A stretch of 32,132 nt of DNA from Octopus bimaculoides. Taxonomy: Eukaryota. The notes below the pieces were generated by a model, which ran no database searches, was not told where the DNA came from, and was given only the letters and a program-made list of their open reading frames with translations. Made by a program: the position numbers and the translations under genes. Below, in pieces: positions 1-11,270 of the stretch (position 1 is its first letter; each line of letters starts with the position of its first letter). The DNA lies in the NCBI RefSeq assembly GCF_001194135.2, contig NC_068981.1, positions 68,750,812 through 68,782,943 of the forward strand, read 5' to 3'.

Positions 1-27
1 ATATATATATATATATATATATATATA

Positions 28-84
28 CTCAAGGCAGCAAGGCCGCAGTGAAATGACTGAAAGAAGTAGAAGAATAAAAGAGTA
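28..84 (+). mobile_element. Probable 3' tail fragment of an octopus SINE family
   Basis: GGCCGCAGTGAAATGACTGAAAGAAGTAGAAGAATAAAAGAGTA resembles the A-rich SINE tail I recall from octopus repeats. Recall only, not aligned. Confidence 0.3.
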
Positions 85-137
85 TTCGCTTCATATCATA
101 AGAATAAATTTCTTTTAAATTTTTTGTAAACGCGGTC

Positions 138-169
138 TTGCTGGCCTTGTGGCAAAATTTGAAACCAAT
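138..169 (+). mobile_element. Probable SINE 3' tail fragment
   Basis: TTGCTGGCCTTGTGGCAAAATTTGAAACCAAT is partly similar to the reverse complement of the tail of the SINE at 28851-28890 (GGCACAATGCCCGAAATTTT). Otherwise based on recall of octopus SINE tails. Confidence 0.3.
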
Positions 170-593
170 ATAAAAAGCTCATGAACAAGTATAATTCTGT
201 ATTTATTTGATATTGTACATTGGATAATCAGAAATATTGGTTTAGTCTCATCAGCACCTTTACACTTTTATTAACTTATTTATTAATTTATTAAGTTTTC
301 CAAAAGCGTGGAATTATAGTTCGTATATGAGTGTGGAAAAAGCATATATTTAGAAGTCAATTGGTCACAGACCCAGAATACACAATAAAGTAGGGGGATT
401 TATTAAATCGGGGGTGTCAGCTTTTAGAACCTGTATGATCTTTTAGCCAAAGCACTGAAGTGTAGAACATTGAAATTACCTTATTGTCATTGAATAACCA
501 TGCAGCTAATTATTCATTGTCCCTTAACCTCAACTAAACTAATATCACAAGCTTAAGAATGTTTTGGAAACCATTGGTATCCAAGGAGAAAAA

Positions 594-750
594 TGTATAT
601 TTATATTTGTACATATATGTCTATGTATATATATGTGTGTGTGTGCGTGTGTGTGTGTGTGTGTGTATGTGTGTGTGTGTTTGTGTGTGTATGTGTGTAT
701 GCGCGCGTGTGTGTGTGTGCGAGTGTGTGCGCGTATGTACGTGTGTGAAG
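594..750. repeat. Compound (TA)n/(TG)n microsatellite
   Basis: Directly visible; it explains the overlapping HT/CV-repeat ORFs at 545-867. Confidence 0.95.
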
Positions 751-971
751 ATCCAACAAATGACACGTGTAATTTTGCAAGCGGAGAAGAATTCGAATTT
801 CACCAAGCGAAATCATTCGCACGTTGTGTGTAATCCTAATGCATATTCTGCATGAATACTCTGTCATTTACCACTCCTACACGCCGTTTATTGATTCTGT
901 GTATACATAACATTCTTTTACTCATTGCCTACTATGGGCTATGATTTTGCAACACTTATTTTAACTCTCAC

Positions 972-1020
972 CTTGTCTCTCATTTACTCGTTTCCCTTCC
1001 CTGTACGATGTTAATCGTGA
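972..1020 (-). CDS. Candidate 49-bp internal exon (SRLTSYREGKRVNERQ), unknown gene
   Basis: Minus strand: pyrimidine-rich tract ending TTGCTAG, one frame open throughout, strong donor CAAG|GTGAGA. It starts in phase 0, compatible with the candidate exon at 3652-3739. No family recognised. Confidence 0.2.
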
Positions 1021-2589
1021 CTAGCAACAATAAACAAGTAGTTAATGAAAAGTAAGGTCTGCTATTATTAAATAGAAATTTTTTTCGTGCAAGCTGCCAT
1101 CGGTTTCTTATCAGAAGTGGAGTCTGCTCAAGTTTTAAAATTCCCAACATAACATACTGCAATGCTCCGTGGTAGAAAAGCAAATGAGATACACAAGATA
1201 CACACAGAACAGTATTTTAGATATCACGGTCAAAATATTGATACTATGCTGATAACATTGTGAAGACAAGATATAAATCCAAGGGATGAGCTACATTACA
1301 GAGATTCTCTCACAAGATGTTAAGTTGTATAAATATTTCACAAGCATTGACCATTTATCCATAAATTCTCCATCTTTGCATCAACAATGATAATCTTTAT
1401 AATGTTGGTGGTTCTAGTTCTGCAAAACCTTCTTCGTGGCTTTAAAAATAATAGTTCCTAATCCATGACACAGAAAAATGGTACGGAGAAAAAAATTATC
1501 AGAAAATGAAGACAAAACAGACAGCCAACATAAGAAAGAAATAGAAAGTAACATCTAAAAAACTGGATGAAATATGTGAACAAAGAAATATCTAGAAAAT
1601 GATTTGTAATTCGCATGAAGGCAATCGATTCGACCATTATGTATCAGTCCTCACATACGCATATATTTTCCTAGGATTTGTCAATTTCTTTGATATTACA
1701 AGGAATGATTGGACATCTGCATTATTTTAGTTGTTGTTTTGTATTCTATTCTTAACTTTTTAATGTTATTTTGAAGATTTGGTTTGTAATGCTGCAAAGT
1801 ATAGGCAAGAATTAAGTCGGGCATACTTATGCGTGTGTCCCTACTTCTCTCTCTCTNNNNNNNNNNACACACAGACACACATCTATATATAAATGCAAAT
1901 AATCAGAAATGGAGAAAAACTCAGATTAACAAACATCGATTGGACCACATTTATAGCTTATTTTTCTATACAACGCATGGCATAACAAAAATTTTACGTA
2001 ACATATCTTACGGCCGTTTCCAATAGGTTGCCAAAATGCTGTCTATAAATAAATGCGAGGTTAAAGCCTTTTTTTTTTATCTTCATAGGGCATTCGAATT
2101 ATGCCAACGCAGCTTCACCAGAGTAAAAAAAAGAAACTAGAGTATAGAATATAAACAAAGGAAGAATGAAGGGTAAAAAATGTATTCCTGGACAAAACGT
2201 TTAGAAGCCCAATATGTTAAGTATACATACATACATACATACGTACGTACGTACGTACAACGTATATGCACATGTGAGCGTATGGGTGTGTTTGGGATAA
2301 ATGTTTCAGTAGAGGTTGCAGGAGTGAGAGATTGTCTTAAATACGCTATTAGATCGCTGACAGTATTATTGTCTTAATTCTTATAAGTTATTTACTGTTT
2401 ATGTACTTAGGCAATGTAGATGTATCATAAGCGAAGTCGTACATTATATATATATATATATTCACACACACACAAACGCATACTCAGTAGCAACATACAC
2501 ACAACGCTCAAGTACACACATACGCACCACACGGATAAACCCAACACACACGGACACACATAGAACCTCTGATAAATACAACACACACA

Positions 2590-3075
2590 CACATACATAT
2601 GCACTCTCATACACATACGGTTGCTCACACACACCACAAGGACAAAACAAACAGCAGAAACATACTCAGACAGAGAAACACACACTCACGTACTCACACA
2701 TAACATCCCCAGCAACACAAAAAAAAACACAAAAACATACACACGCACACACACACAGACGCACACACACAGACGCACACGTAAATATCCACCCTCACGC
2801 ATACATAGGGTTGCTCACACACACACGCCTCAAGGACAATTCAAACAACACATACATAGTCAGACAGAGACACAGACACACACACACACTCTCGAACACA
2901 CACACTCACGTACTAACACATAACATCCCCACCAACACAAAAAACACACAAACATACACGCGCACACACACATTTGCATGCATACATATGCACTCTCGCA
3001 CATACATATGGTTGCTCACACACACACCCCAAGGACAATTAAAACAACACACACATACTCAGACAGAGTCGCACA
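2590..3075. repeat. Degenerate minisatellite with a unit of about 190-200 bp embedded in AC-rich repeats
   Basis: GGTTGCTCACACAC...CAAGGACAA...CAGACAGAG recurs at about 2619, 2809 and 3010. CACACACTCACGTACT(C/A)ACACATAACATCCCC recurs at about 2681 and 2901. Confidence 0.85.
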
Positions 3076-3392
3076 CACACGAGCACGCGCGCGAACAAAT
3101 ACACGCACAAACAACTTTAAAATTGCATTTTTAAACTTTCTTACACACACACACACATATATATATGTATAGGTGTGCGTATATGCATGCGTGCATAAAG
3201 CTCTGTGTGCGTGTGTGTGTGTGTGTGTGTATGTATGTGTGTGTATGTATGTGTGTATGTGTGTGTGTGTGTGTTACGGCATGCCTCTTAGGCAGTCATT
3301 TGGAATTTAATGCGATGGACATCAATATCGCAGCATATCTATCATTATTTATTTACTTTTTTACATTTTGGTAGGACCTGAAAATTTTATAA

Positions 3393-3435
3393 ATTTTACG
3401 AATGTATTGCATATTTTACGAATGTATTGCATATT
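3393..3435. repeat. Perfect 20-bp tandem duplication
   Basis: ATTTTACGAATGTATTGCAT x2 plus ATT. Confidence 0.95.
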
Positions 3436-3651
3436 GTGCGTCTATAGATCCCTAATTCTATGATATGTCGCAATAAGAATTCTCAAAGAAACATCTGTAG
3501 ATATACCATAAAATCCATACGTTCACTTCAAAATTTGTTTTAAATAAGAAAAAATAAATACATTTGATTTAGGGGATACTAAACGCCGGCAAACCTCACG
3601 TCATCGATGCATTCTTTCCAATCATTTTTTCTGTTCATTTTTGTGTCATAC

Positions 3652-3739
3652 CGTCTCAGTATCAAATGTAGCATTCACTTTGATTTGCCTCGTTCTATTC
3701 AATAGATCGACATTAGAACTCGCTCTATCTCTGTCTGTC
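3652..3739 (-). CDS. Candidate 88-bp internal exon (TDRDRASSNVDLLNRTRQIKVNATFDTET), unknown gene
   Basis: Minus strand: acceptor TTCTATCTGTCTTTAG, only one frame open, donor ACG|GTATGA. The peptide has two N-x-T sequons. No family recognised. Confidence 0.3.
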
Positions 3740-3744
3740 CTAAA

Positions 3745-3881
3745 GACAGATAGAACACAGACAGACAGACAAACAGGCAGACATACAGACATACAGACAT
3801 ATATATGAATAGATAGATAGCCCTGACAGATAGATACACAGACAGACAGACATACATACAGACAGACAGACAAATAGATAC

Positions 3882-3918
<37 letters not shown>

Positions 3919-3970
3919 CAGGCAGGCAGGCACACAGATAGATAGATAGATTGATAAATAGGTAGATAGA
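3745..3970. repeat. (GACA)n/(GATA)n tetranucleotide microsatellite complex
   Basis: Directly visible; source of the LSIY/CLSV-repeat ORFs. Confidence 0.95.
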
Positions 3971-4385
3971 TATTAGTCTGTTGATTTTACAAGGAATATT
4001 TACGGTGGCTAGGCGCACGTCGATATTATGTCAACTGATAATAGTGTCAAAGCAAATATATTGGCATAAAATCTAAAAAATGATGAGATGTGACATTCAA
4101 TGAGAACACATCGATGATGTGACATAGGAAATGTCGTTGAGATTACACGTAAATTCAGTAACTTTCGTCAGGAATAATGGAAAATATATGGAAAGCATAC
4201 TTAGCAATTTTCAATACGTAAACAGTGTCATCGAACTACGCATGTACATTAGGTATCACAGTGGACTCACCTGCAAAGAGAAAACGAAAAATAAAATAAA
4301 AACCATAATAAAAGCACTTGAATGTATAGTAAAATCTAAACATATATTTGGGTCTATGTAGCAATATATGAATGTATAATTACAT

Positions 4386-4917
4386 GTATACTGATACACA
4401 CACGCATGCATATATATGCGTATTTATATATATATATATGTATATATATAAGCATATTTATGCGTGTCACTAAAGTGACACACGGTATAGAGTTGTACCA
4501 GCATNNNNNNNNNNNNNNNNNNNNNNNNNNNNNNNNNNNNNNNNNNNNNNNNNNNNNNNNNNNNNNNNNNNNNNNNNNNNNNNNNNNNNNNNNNNNNNNN
4601 NNNNNNNNNNNNNNNNNNNNNNNNNNNNNNNNNNNNNNNNNNNNNNNNNNNNNNNNNNNNNNNNNNNNNNNNNNNNNNNNNNNNNNNNNNNNNNNNNNNN
4701 NNNNNNNNNNNNNNNNNNNNNNNNNNNNNNNNNNNNNNNNNNNNNNNNNNNNNNNNNNNNNNNNNNNNNNNNNNNNNNNNNNNNNNNNNNNNNNNNNNGT
4801 ATACTGATACACACACGCATGCATATATATGCGTATTTATATATATATATATGTATATATATAAGCATATTTATGCGTGTCACTAAAGTGACACACGGTA
4901 TAGAGTTGTACCAGCAT
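4386..4917. other. Identical 119-bp sequence on both sides of a 294-N gap
   Basis: 4386-4504 equals 4799-4917 and the gap is 4505-4798. Typical of an unmerged contig overlap. Confidence 0.85.
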
Positions 4918-6416
4918 TGCTGGAAATAACAGCAAATCTGTCTCACTAGCAACCGGAGCACTATCTTCATCTGACAAAGGAGACAAGCCACCTACGATCG
5001 CAGTTATTGCCATATCAGCGGTGATATGGAATTTTAATGAAGACCATCTTAATCCTCATCAATAACTCTTACCGCTCCTAGGGTTCAGTTCAACTAACCT
5101 CGCCCACTTATAAGAAAAACCGTTGAAGTGACGCACTGATTGCAAAAAACATGCCAGTCCTGCATGAGCAGACTGGTGATGTAAAATTTGCTAAACATGA
5201 TGCCCCATTCCTCTGACATGGCCTAGAATGACTATATCCAAATAGTAGTGTTTAATTTACATGATCCTATCAAAACAAGAAGATGGAATTTAATTCCAAT
5301 CTTGTGTTTCCTTCCAAGATATAGATTATTAATACTGGGGTATAGCTTTCAAATTGTAAACTAAGATAAAAATTAAATTGAGACTTAATTCAATCTTACG
5401 TATTTTCTTTGGTTTAATCTTTCATTTTAGAATAATGCGATGTGGTTTAAATTTTCAAGATGAATATTATGAAAGCTATGACACAGGGAGCATTCGGCAT
5501 ACGCACACATACACACCCAAAACAAAAACAAGCACACACGCGCGCGCGCGCATATATATATATATATATAATGCATATATATATATACATATATTCATAA
5601 AGCGCACACAGACATGATTTTATGTATGTATGCACGCATGCATGTGTGTGTTCGTGTACAAAATAAGATAGAATAATAGATAGTTCAACTACACGAAACA
5701 AAATTTACCACAAAATATGCAATTTTTTTATTAAACCAATATACTCATCTTTTATCCTATGCTTCTTTTTTGCATTTTCTTGGGGCCCTCATGTAGCCCC
5801 ACTTTGACAGATTAAATCGCATAACTAGACCCCCTTTAGTGCGTGTGTTCACGTTACATTTTTATGTGCGTCTGTATGAATATTATGAAGTTGAGTGTAG
5901 AGCGAAAAGAAAACAATTCTATAAATTCACATCGTATATTATATCATTACAAACAGAGGTGGGAAATTATATTATGCCAAAGAAAATTTAAGTTTTAGAA
6001 AAAAAACTCAAACAATTTGAAGCAATGCATTCTGGTTTTGAAAACAATTTCCACCCAAATTTTTAAAATGAAGTTTAGGCTGTAAATGGAGACCTCTAAG
6101 CAGCTGATAATTGCAGAAATCGATATTTCCGAGAATTCTTTATTTTAACAACAAAATTTCAACACATAGCAGAAAAAGCCATGGGCTTTAATTAACGCAG
6201 TTTCTTTATCAAAGGGTAAATAAAATAAAATTAATGAATTTAGACTATTGAAAACTATTGCATATTCAAATATGACCCACGCCCAATTCAAATACGTTAA
6301 TTTGAGTGGGTATGCAGATGCAATTATCTAAGTGCAGTTCTATATATGCTTGTAGTGGAGTGTTTGCATGTCTGCTTTGCAATATTCTAAAGGTGTTGCA
6401 TCAATATTATGACAAC

Positions 6417-6497
6417 TAGGTTCATGTGAGACATGCAGAGTACATATATAATTCGTAGGTTCATGTGAGACATGCAGAGTACATATATAATTCGTAG
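6417..6497. repeat. Perfect 39-bp tandem duplication
   Basis: TAGGTTCATGTGAGACATGCAGAGTACATATATAATTCG x2 plus TAG. Confidence 0.95.
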
Positions 6498-8973
6498 TTA
6501 TATATGGTAGAGTCTCACATAGAAATTCAGCGGGCTGTCATAACAAACGTGTACGTAAGATGTTATGACTTTGGATCTTCAATAATAAGGAAGTTCTTCT
6601 GCTTGAGGAAGTTCTACGTTCAGAGTTTCTAGAATTATGGCTAGATAATAAACCATAAAGATGTCAGCTTAAAATTTAAACAACGCAGTAATCTCAATTA
6701 AGTCAAATGTTGTCGTTTATATCACTTAGTAATTTATCCCACAAATTTAGTAAATTCAAAGATAAATGGTGTTGAATATACATACATTCGGTCATTGACA
6801 TGTTCGTACTTTATATGCATATATAGACACTCACGTATCAGCATATACATGTATCAAACATTCACATACAGAAACTTGCAAACACATACGTGTATTTATA
6901 TCCGTACTATATGTATGCATGCTATGCATGCCACTATGTAGAGCCGAACATACGTTTGTTTACGTGCGTATGTATACCTTAAATTCTCTCTTTCAACCCT
7001 TTATCTTTCAGACTCCATATTTCTCCATAATTCATTACATACACTGAAATCTTATCCATATATACTTATTCATGGAAACATATATAATTCGGAAATATTT
7101 ATCGCATTCTATATATCTTTGAGCTGATACATAGGTGTTCTATCAAAGTTCGAAAATATATAGACACAAATCATTTTTATTATAACTGAATTACGAGGCG
7201 GTATTCGTAACCTTCGTAAAGTTTCCCTTGTGGGTGGGACTACCGCTTTATTATACTACTACATCTCTCGCAATTTGAATACTGCATAAAATACGGGCAC
7301 GGAAAAACATTCCAAACATAAATTTCAGAAATAGCCTGCGTGCAGTGGTTACTGTCGTCGCACATGCTTAGATACAGTATGGGCGATAACTGGAAAGTAA
7401 GAGTGACTCGGAGATATCAAAGAGTGCTTCTGTGTACGAAGGATAGCCCTTTCCCAGATGTATGATATGTATTTATTCTGAGTTTTTCATTAAACGTTGT
7501 ATCGATGGAATATGTCGAAATACTTAAGAACGATCTGAAACGTAAGACCATTCTTGTAATTCTTTCCTGTGATGTTAAAGATATAAGTTCACCGGTAAAA
7601 AATTGTCGGCCGTAATGAATTATAACCATTGATGTGATCGCAAGAGTTCTATATACCTGGCATTTCTCTAAGAGATAAAGACGTGCGATAACCATTTTTT
7701 TTGTCGTAGGAGATGTATTAGTGAGAAAATTAGATGGAAGTGATAGTAATAATTTATATGAAGATGTTATTAAATGAGCCGTTTGAAGAGGCTTCAGATA
7801 TCTCTGTTTATGAAGTCAGTCGATATCTGGATTGATGCTGCTAAGTTTTGTTGAGATAGCTTAGAATTTGTACTTTAGAGGGGATGCGGGGGTTTTAGCA
7901 TTTGCGTAGTAATTAGCAGGCCTTTTATCTATGTGAGGGATAGGCTAACTTCGAAAATGAAAATATGGGAAATATTAAATTTGATAAAGTGTGGAGAGAA
8001 GACACTGTCTTGTTAAATGGGTCTATCATAGTTCGATATTTCAAAAATCATAAACAATCATTTTACTTTACGCTCTCTTAAACGGTGTTAGATATAATTA
8101 TTGTTGATCGCAAATGGAAACTAAAACAAGTTCAAAGAAAACAGTAATTTACCAAAAGAAATAGAGGGTTGACAACATAAACTCTGTTTCAATTGGATGC
8201 ATCATCTTATCTTTTGTGTTAGACCAATATCACACTAAATTAAAATTAAAATATAGCAATCCAAAGTCTCAACATATTAGTTATGCTGTTGAATTAGCTA
8301 GGAGCTTTAGAATATATTGGTTCGACGCATAAAAAACCGTAACATAAAAGAAACAACTAATTATACGGCTTCAGATACAAAAAATAAGATATTTGTTGAC
8401 ACTATATATCGCTATATATTTAGCCTTTTTTACAAAATTGGTTATGAGCTGTTATTTCTGGAATCAGAGTAGATTAAAATCACGCATGAAAAGGGTGCAT
8501 TGAAAGTGTGTTGCGACTTCTTAAGGGGAACTATTTATTAAATTCAAATAAGTACCAAACACTAATCTCCTTGCAAATAACATCCTTCTAGTCATTTATT
8601 TAGGGCCCCACGGATGCAACTATTCTCTCTGATATATGTAGATCAATGCATACATGAATACATTAAATACATATAAAAATACATTCATGGAAACAGGCAT
8701 ACATATATACAAGCAAACATATTCAATTACTGGAAATAATGCACACCTCATTGCTTTAGACTGCTTTTTTCTTTATTTCTCATTAATCTATTTTGCTCAA
8801 TCTCTACATTTCATAGTAAAAAAGAAAGTTAATTCTTGTGTCTTCATTTCCTATCTCGAATATTCTCACTCAGTATATGAGTGTGCGTGCGTGTACGTGA
8901 GTATGCGCATGTGTGAGCGTACATATATATATATATATATATATATATGCGTACATATATGCGTACATATATG

Positions 8974-9011
<38 letters not shown>

Positions 9012-9819
9012 CGTATGCTTGTATTGACGGATAGATGGATGGATTGTTGTATAGAGAGAGGCCAAATATACAGGACAGCAGCTACGTAAAATATATACGA
9101 TGATGTAAAGGAATGGAAACAAGATTAGAATTTGGATTATTATACGATAGTTGCTTCATAATAAATATAAACATGATATTTTGTAGACTCAGACATATAT
9201 ATTTCTTACAACATATGACACAGTAGCAGCTATCATCCATCAGAAGTCCTTGATTATTTTATTTTTTTCTATTTGAAAAGGTGAAATTTTACTCGAAATA
9301 TTATAGCAGCATTTAACTAGCTATTTACATCATCTTTTCTAATTCTTTTAGTTATTCGCATCATCTTCCATTGGTTGTTTAAATCTTACCCAGCATTGCT
9401 CAAAGGTATTCTCCATCATTTGACCCCTTTCTATATAATAAAATACTTTAAGAGATGTACGTATGTCTATACCTTAACCACCCACAATTACTAATGGATG
9501 AAGAAGCTGTCGATAAGGTTAGTTTAAACGCCTTCAGAAATAGTGTTCTTTCGAACATAAGCCAGTGATCTCATTCGCTTCTATTTAAAATGTCCTCGTA
9601 TTTTCTCCGCAAATTTCGCATCAAGTACGTAACTTACACCATAAAGTTTCTTTTAAACTTAATGCCAAATACCGTAAATACTGAACTATCTTGATTCAAA
9701 AATAAGCACTACTACAGAAGCTTTCTCTTTTACTGATGGTATGGAAACCGCTTTGAATTTGAAAACTCGAGACAAATGTGTAACTGTGACAAACACTAGT
9801 CTTGCTCTAAAACACTCAC

Positions 9820-10052
9820 CTCGTTAAAATGCTTTTAAACATACAATGAAACACTTCGCCTCACAACTGGAGGCCGTTATCTAACGACCATCACGTGAAA
9901 CGGACGTAACTCGCATACACTGAACTCGATATACGTAACCACAAACCGAAATGCTTCCAAACGCAATGGACCGCTGAAACATAATGCTAGAAGTAGAAAT
10001 TAATTTCTGCCGTGCAGACAATCCGGTGTTATCACACGAGACGCAGCTGGCA
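9820..10052. promoter_or_regulatory. CpG-enriched segment with a central TCACGTGA motif, flanked by outward-facing splice donors
   Basis: 17 CpG counted in 233 bp. TCACGTGA at 9891-9898. Minus-strand donor GAG|GTGAGT at 9820 and plus-strand donor GCA|GTAAGT at 10052. Promoter function is inference. Confidence 0.25.
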
Positions 10053-10300
10053 GTAAGTATATATTTCTATAAACGTTTAGATGATTTTCTTCCATTTGCA
10101 AAAACGAAACTTTTCCCTAAGTATCATAGGTTCATTAACGACTCATACAATGTAAAACAATAGGTACTTTCCGTTTGCTTCTGTACATTTATGTAACCTA
10201 AAATGCATTGCTGAAATCTTTATCTTCATTGCTTTAAATATTTATAAATCCATTTATTTCGTAGCACTTGTTACTATATATGTAAGCACCAACACCTAAA

Positions 10301-10302
<2 letters not shown>

Positions 10303-10353
<51 letters not shown>

Positions 10354-10363
10354 NNNNNNNNNN

Positions 10364-10405
<42 letters not shown>
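10303..10405. repeat. (TG)n and (AG)n tracts separated by a 10-N gap
   Basis: Directly visible; N at 10354-10363. Confidence 0.95.
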
Positions 10406-10408
<3 letters not shown>

Positions 10409-11134
10409 AAGTATAATTGTGTGCTCATGTACATTTATAGGTATAGACATCCCTATAACCTGTATAAGTAATAAAATTATTCCTGAAAGCACTATCTCAG
10501 CACAAATTATTCTATTCGACTATTGTTCTCTGGAAATATAATTGTCTTTAGTCGTTAGTCAATACCATACGCATGTGCCTCAGTATATTTTTACAGCAGT
10601 TTAGTCCAGATATTACTTCACATTATTTGCCATGATAGTTATTTAATTTTGTTCTTTCATACTACCTTAATTTTTGTGCGGCGCAATCACTGTCTTCCAC
10701 CTTTAACAGATTTATGTAATAAATATATTTGATTGACAATATTTTCTACGCAACCATTTCAGTTTCTCATTTAGCTACAATAATACTTATAAGACTGGGG
10801 AAACGTCTAGGAAATCATCTTTTGTTACAATCTCGTAGGTATAATTTGTACAACAATTTTGGTTCCAAAACTGAAATTGTTCTGATATATTTCTATAGAA
10901 GAGAATGCAAAATGTTATTTTATACCAATGATTTGTAATTCATAAACACTGAGACATACCATGATGTTAACGAATCTCGTCTGAAAACTGAGTAAATCAA
11001 ACATGAGTTACATTATCATATGAAGTCTCCCAGAATGGCCAAACGCATAGAAGGTGTCGACTACTAGTACTGAGACTTTTTTTTATGGTGACCCATGTAT
11101 GATTTCCACGGTAGTACAAAATGCGAATCTTCTT

Positions 11135-11270
11135 CAAATGATGATCTTCCTTCTCTCGCTTTATTTCTCTCTTTCCCTTTGTCTCCTTCTCTTTCTATCT
11201 TTAACTTTCTCTCTTTCTCACTTTCTCTCTTTCTCACTTTCTCTCTTTCTTTCTCTCCATCTCACTCTTT
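11135..11270. repeat. CT-rich low-complexity tract
   Basis: Degenerate (TTTCTC)n/(CT)n; explains the hydrophobic L/F/S ORFs at 11054-11383. Confidence 0.85.

Noticed and set aside
30-149. Imperfect inverted repeat CAAGGCAGCAAGGCCGC / GCGGTCTTGCTGGCCTTG suggesting a MITE
   Set aside because: Only 16 of 18 bp match with no inner pairing or target duplication, and each arm is better explained as part of a separate SINE tail.
246-256. CTGATGAG on the minus strand as another hammerhead core (similar hits at 19529, 23208 and 31759)
   Set aside because: There is no stem II followed by GAAA downstream, and two of the hits lie inside the Tc1 FSDE codons or the MITE.
3652-4270. Cadherin-like VHATDRD motif obtained by splicing 4270-4239 to 3739
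   Set aside because: It needs a weak donor, the TDRD codons lie in GACA-type repeat sequence, and the spacing to the QIKVNATFDTE segment is too short for a cadherin repeat.
4890-5065. Plus frame SCTSIAGNNSKSVSL...PPTIAVIAISAVI resembling an Ig C-terminus plus transmembrane start
   Set aside because: It lacks the canonical YxCxAxN spacing, the hydrophobic run is too short, and part of it resembles a repeat fragment as I recall it.
2590-6497. CRISPR-like repeat-spacer arrays
   Set aside because: The context is eukaryotic, the repeats are direct tandem duplications or degenerate minisatellites without unique equal-length spacers, and there are no cas genes.
7192-9599. TACGAGG at 7192 and CCTCGTA near 9594 as mariner termini
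   Set aside because: The match is only 7 bp and no transposase motifs were found between them.
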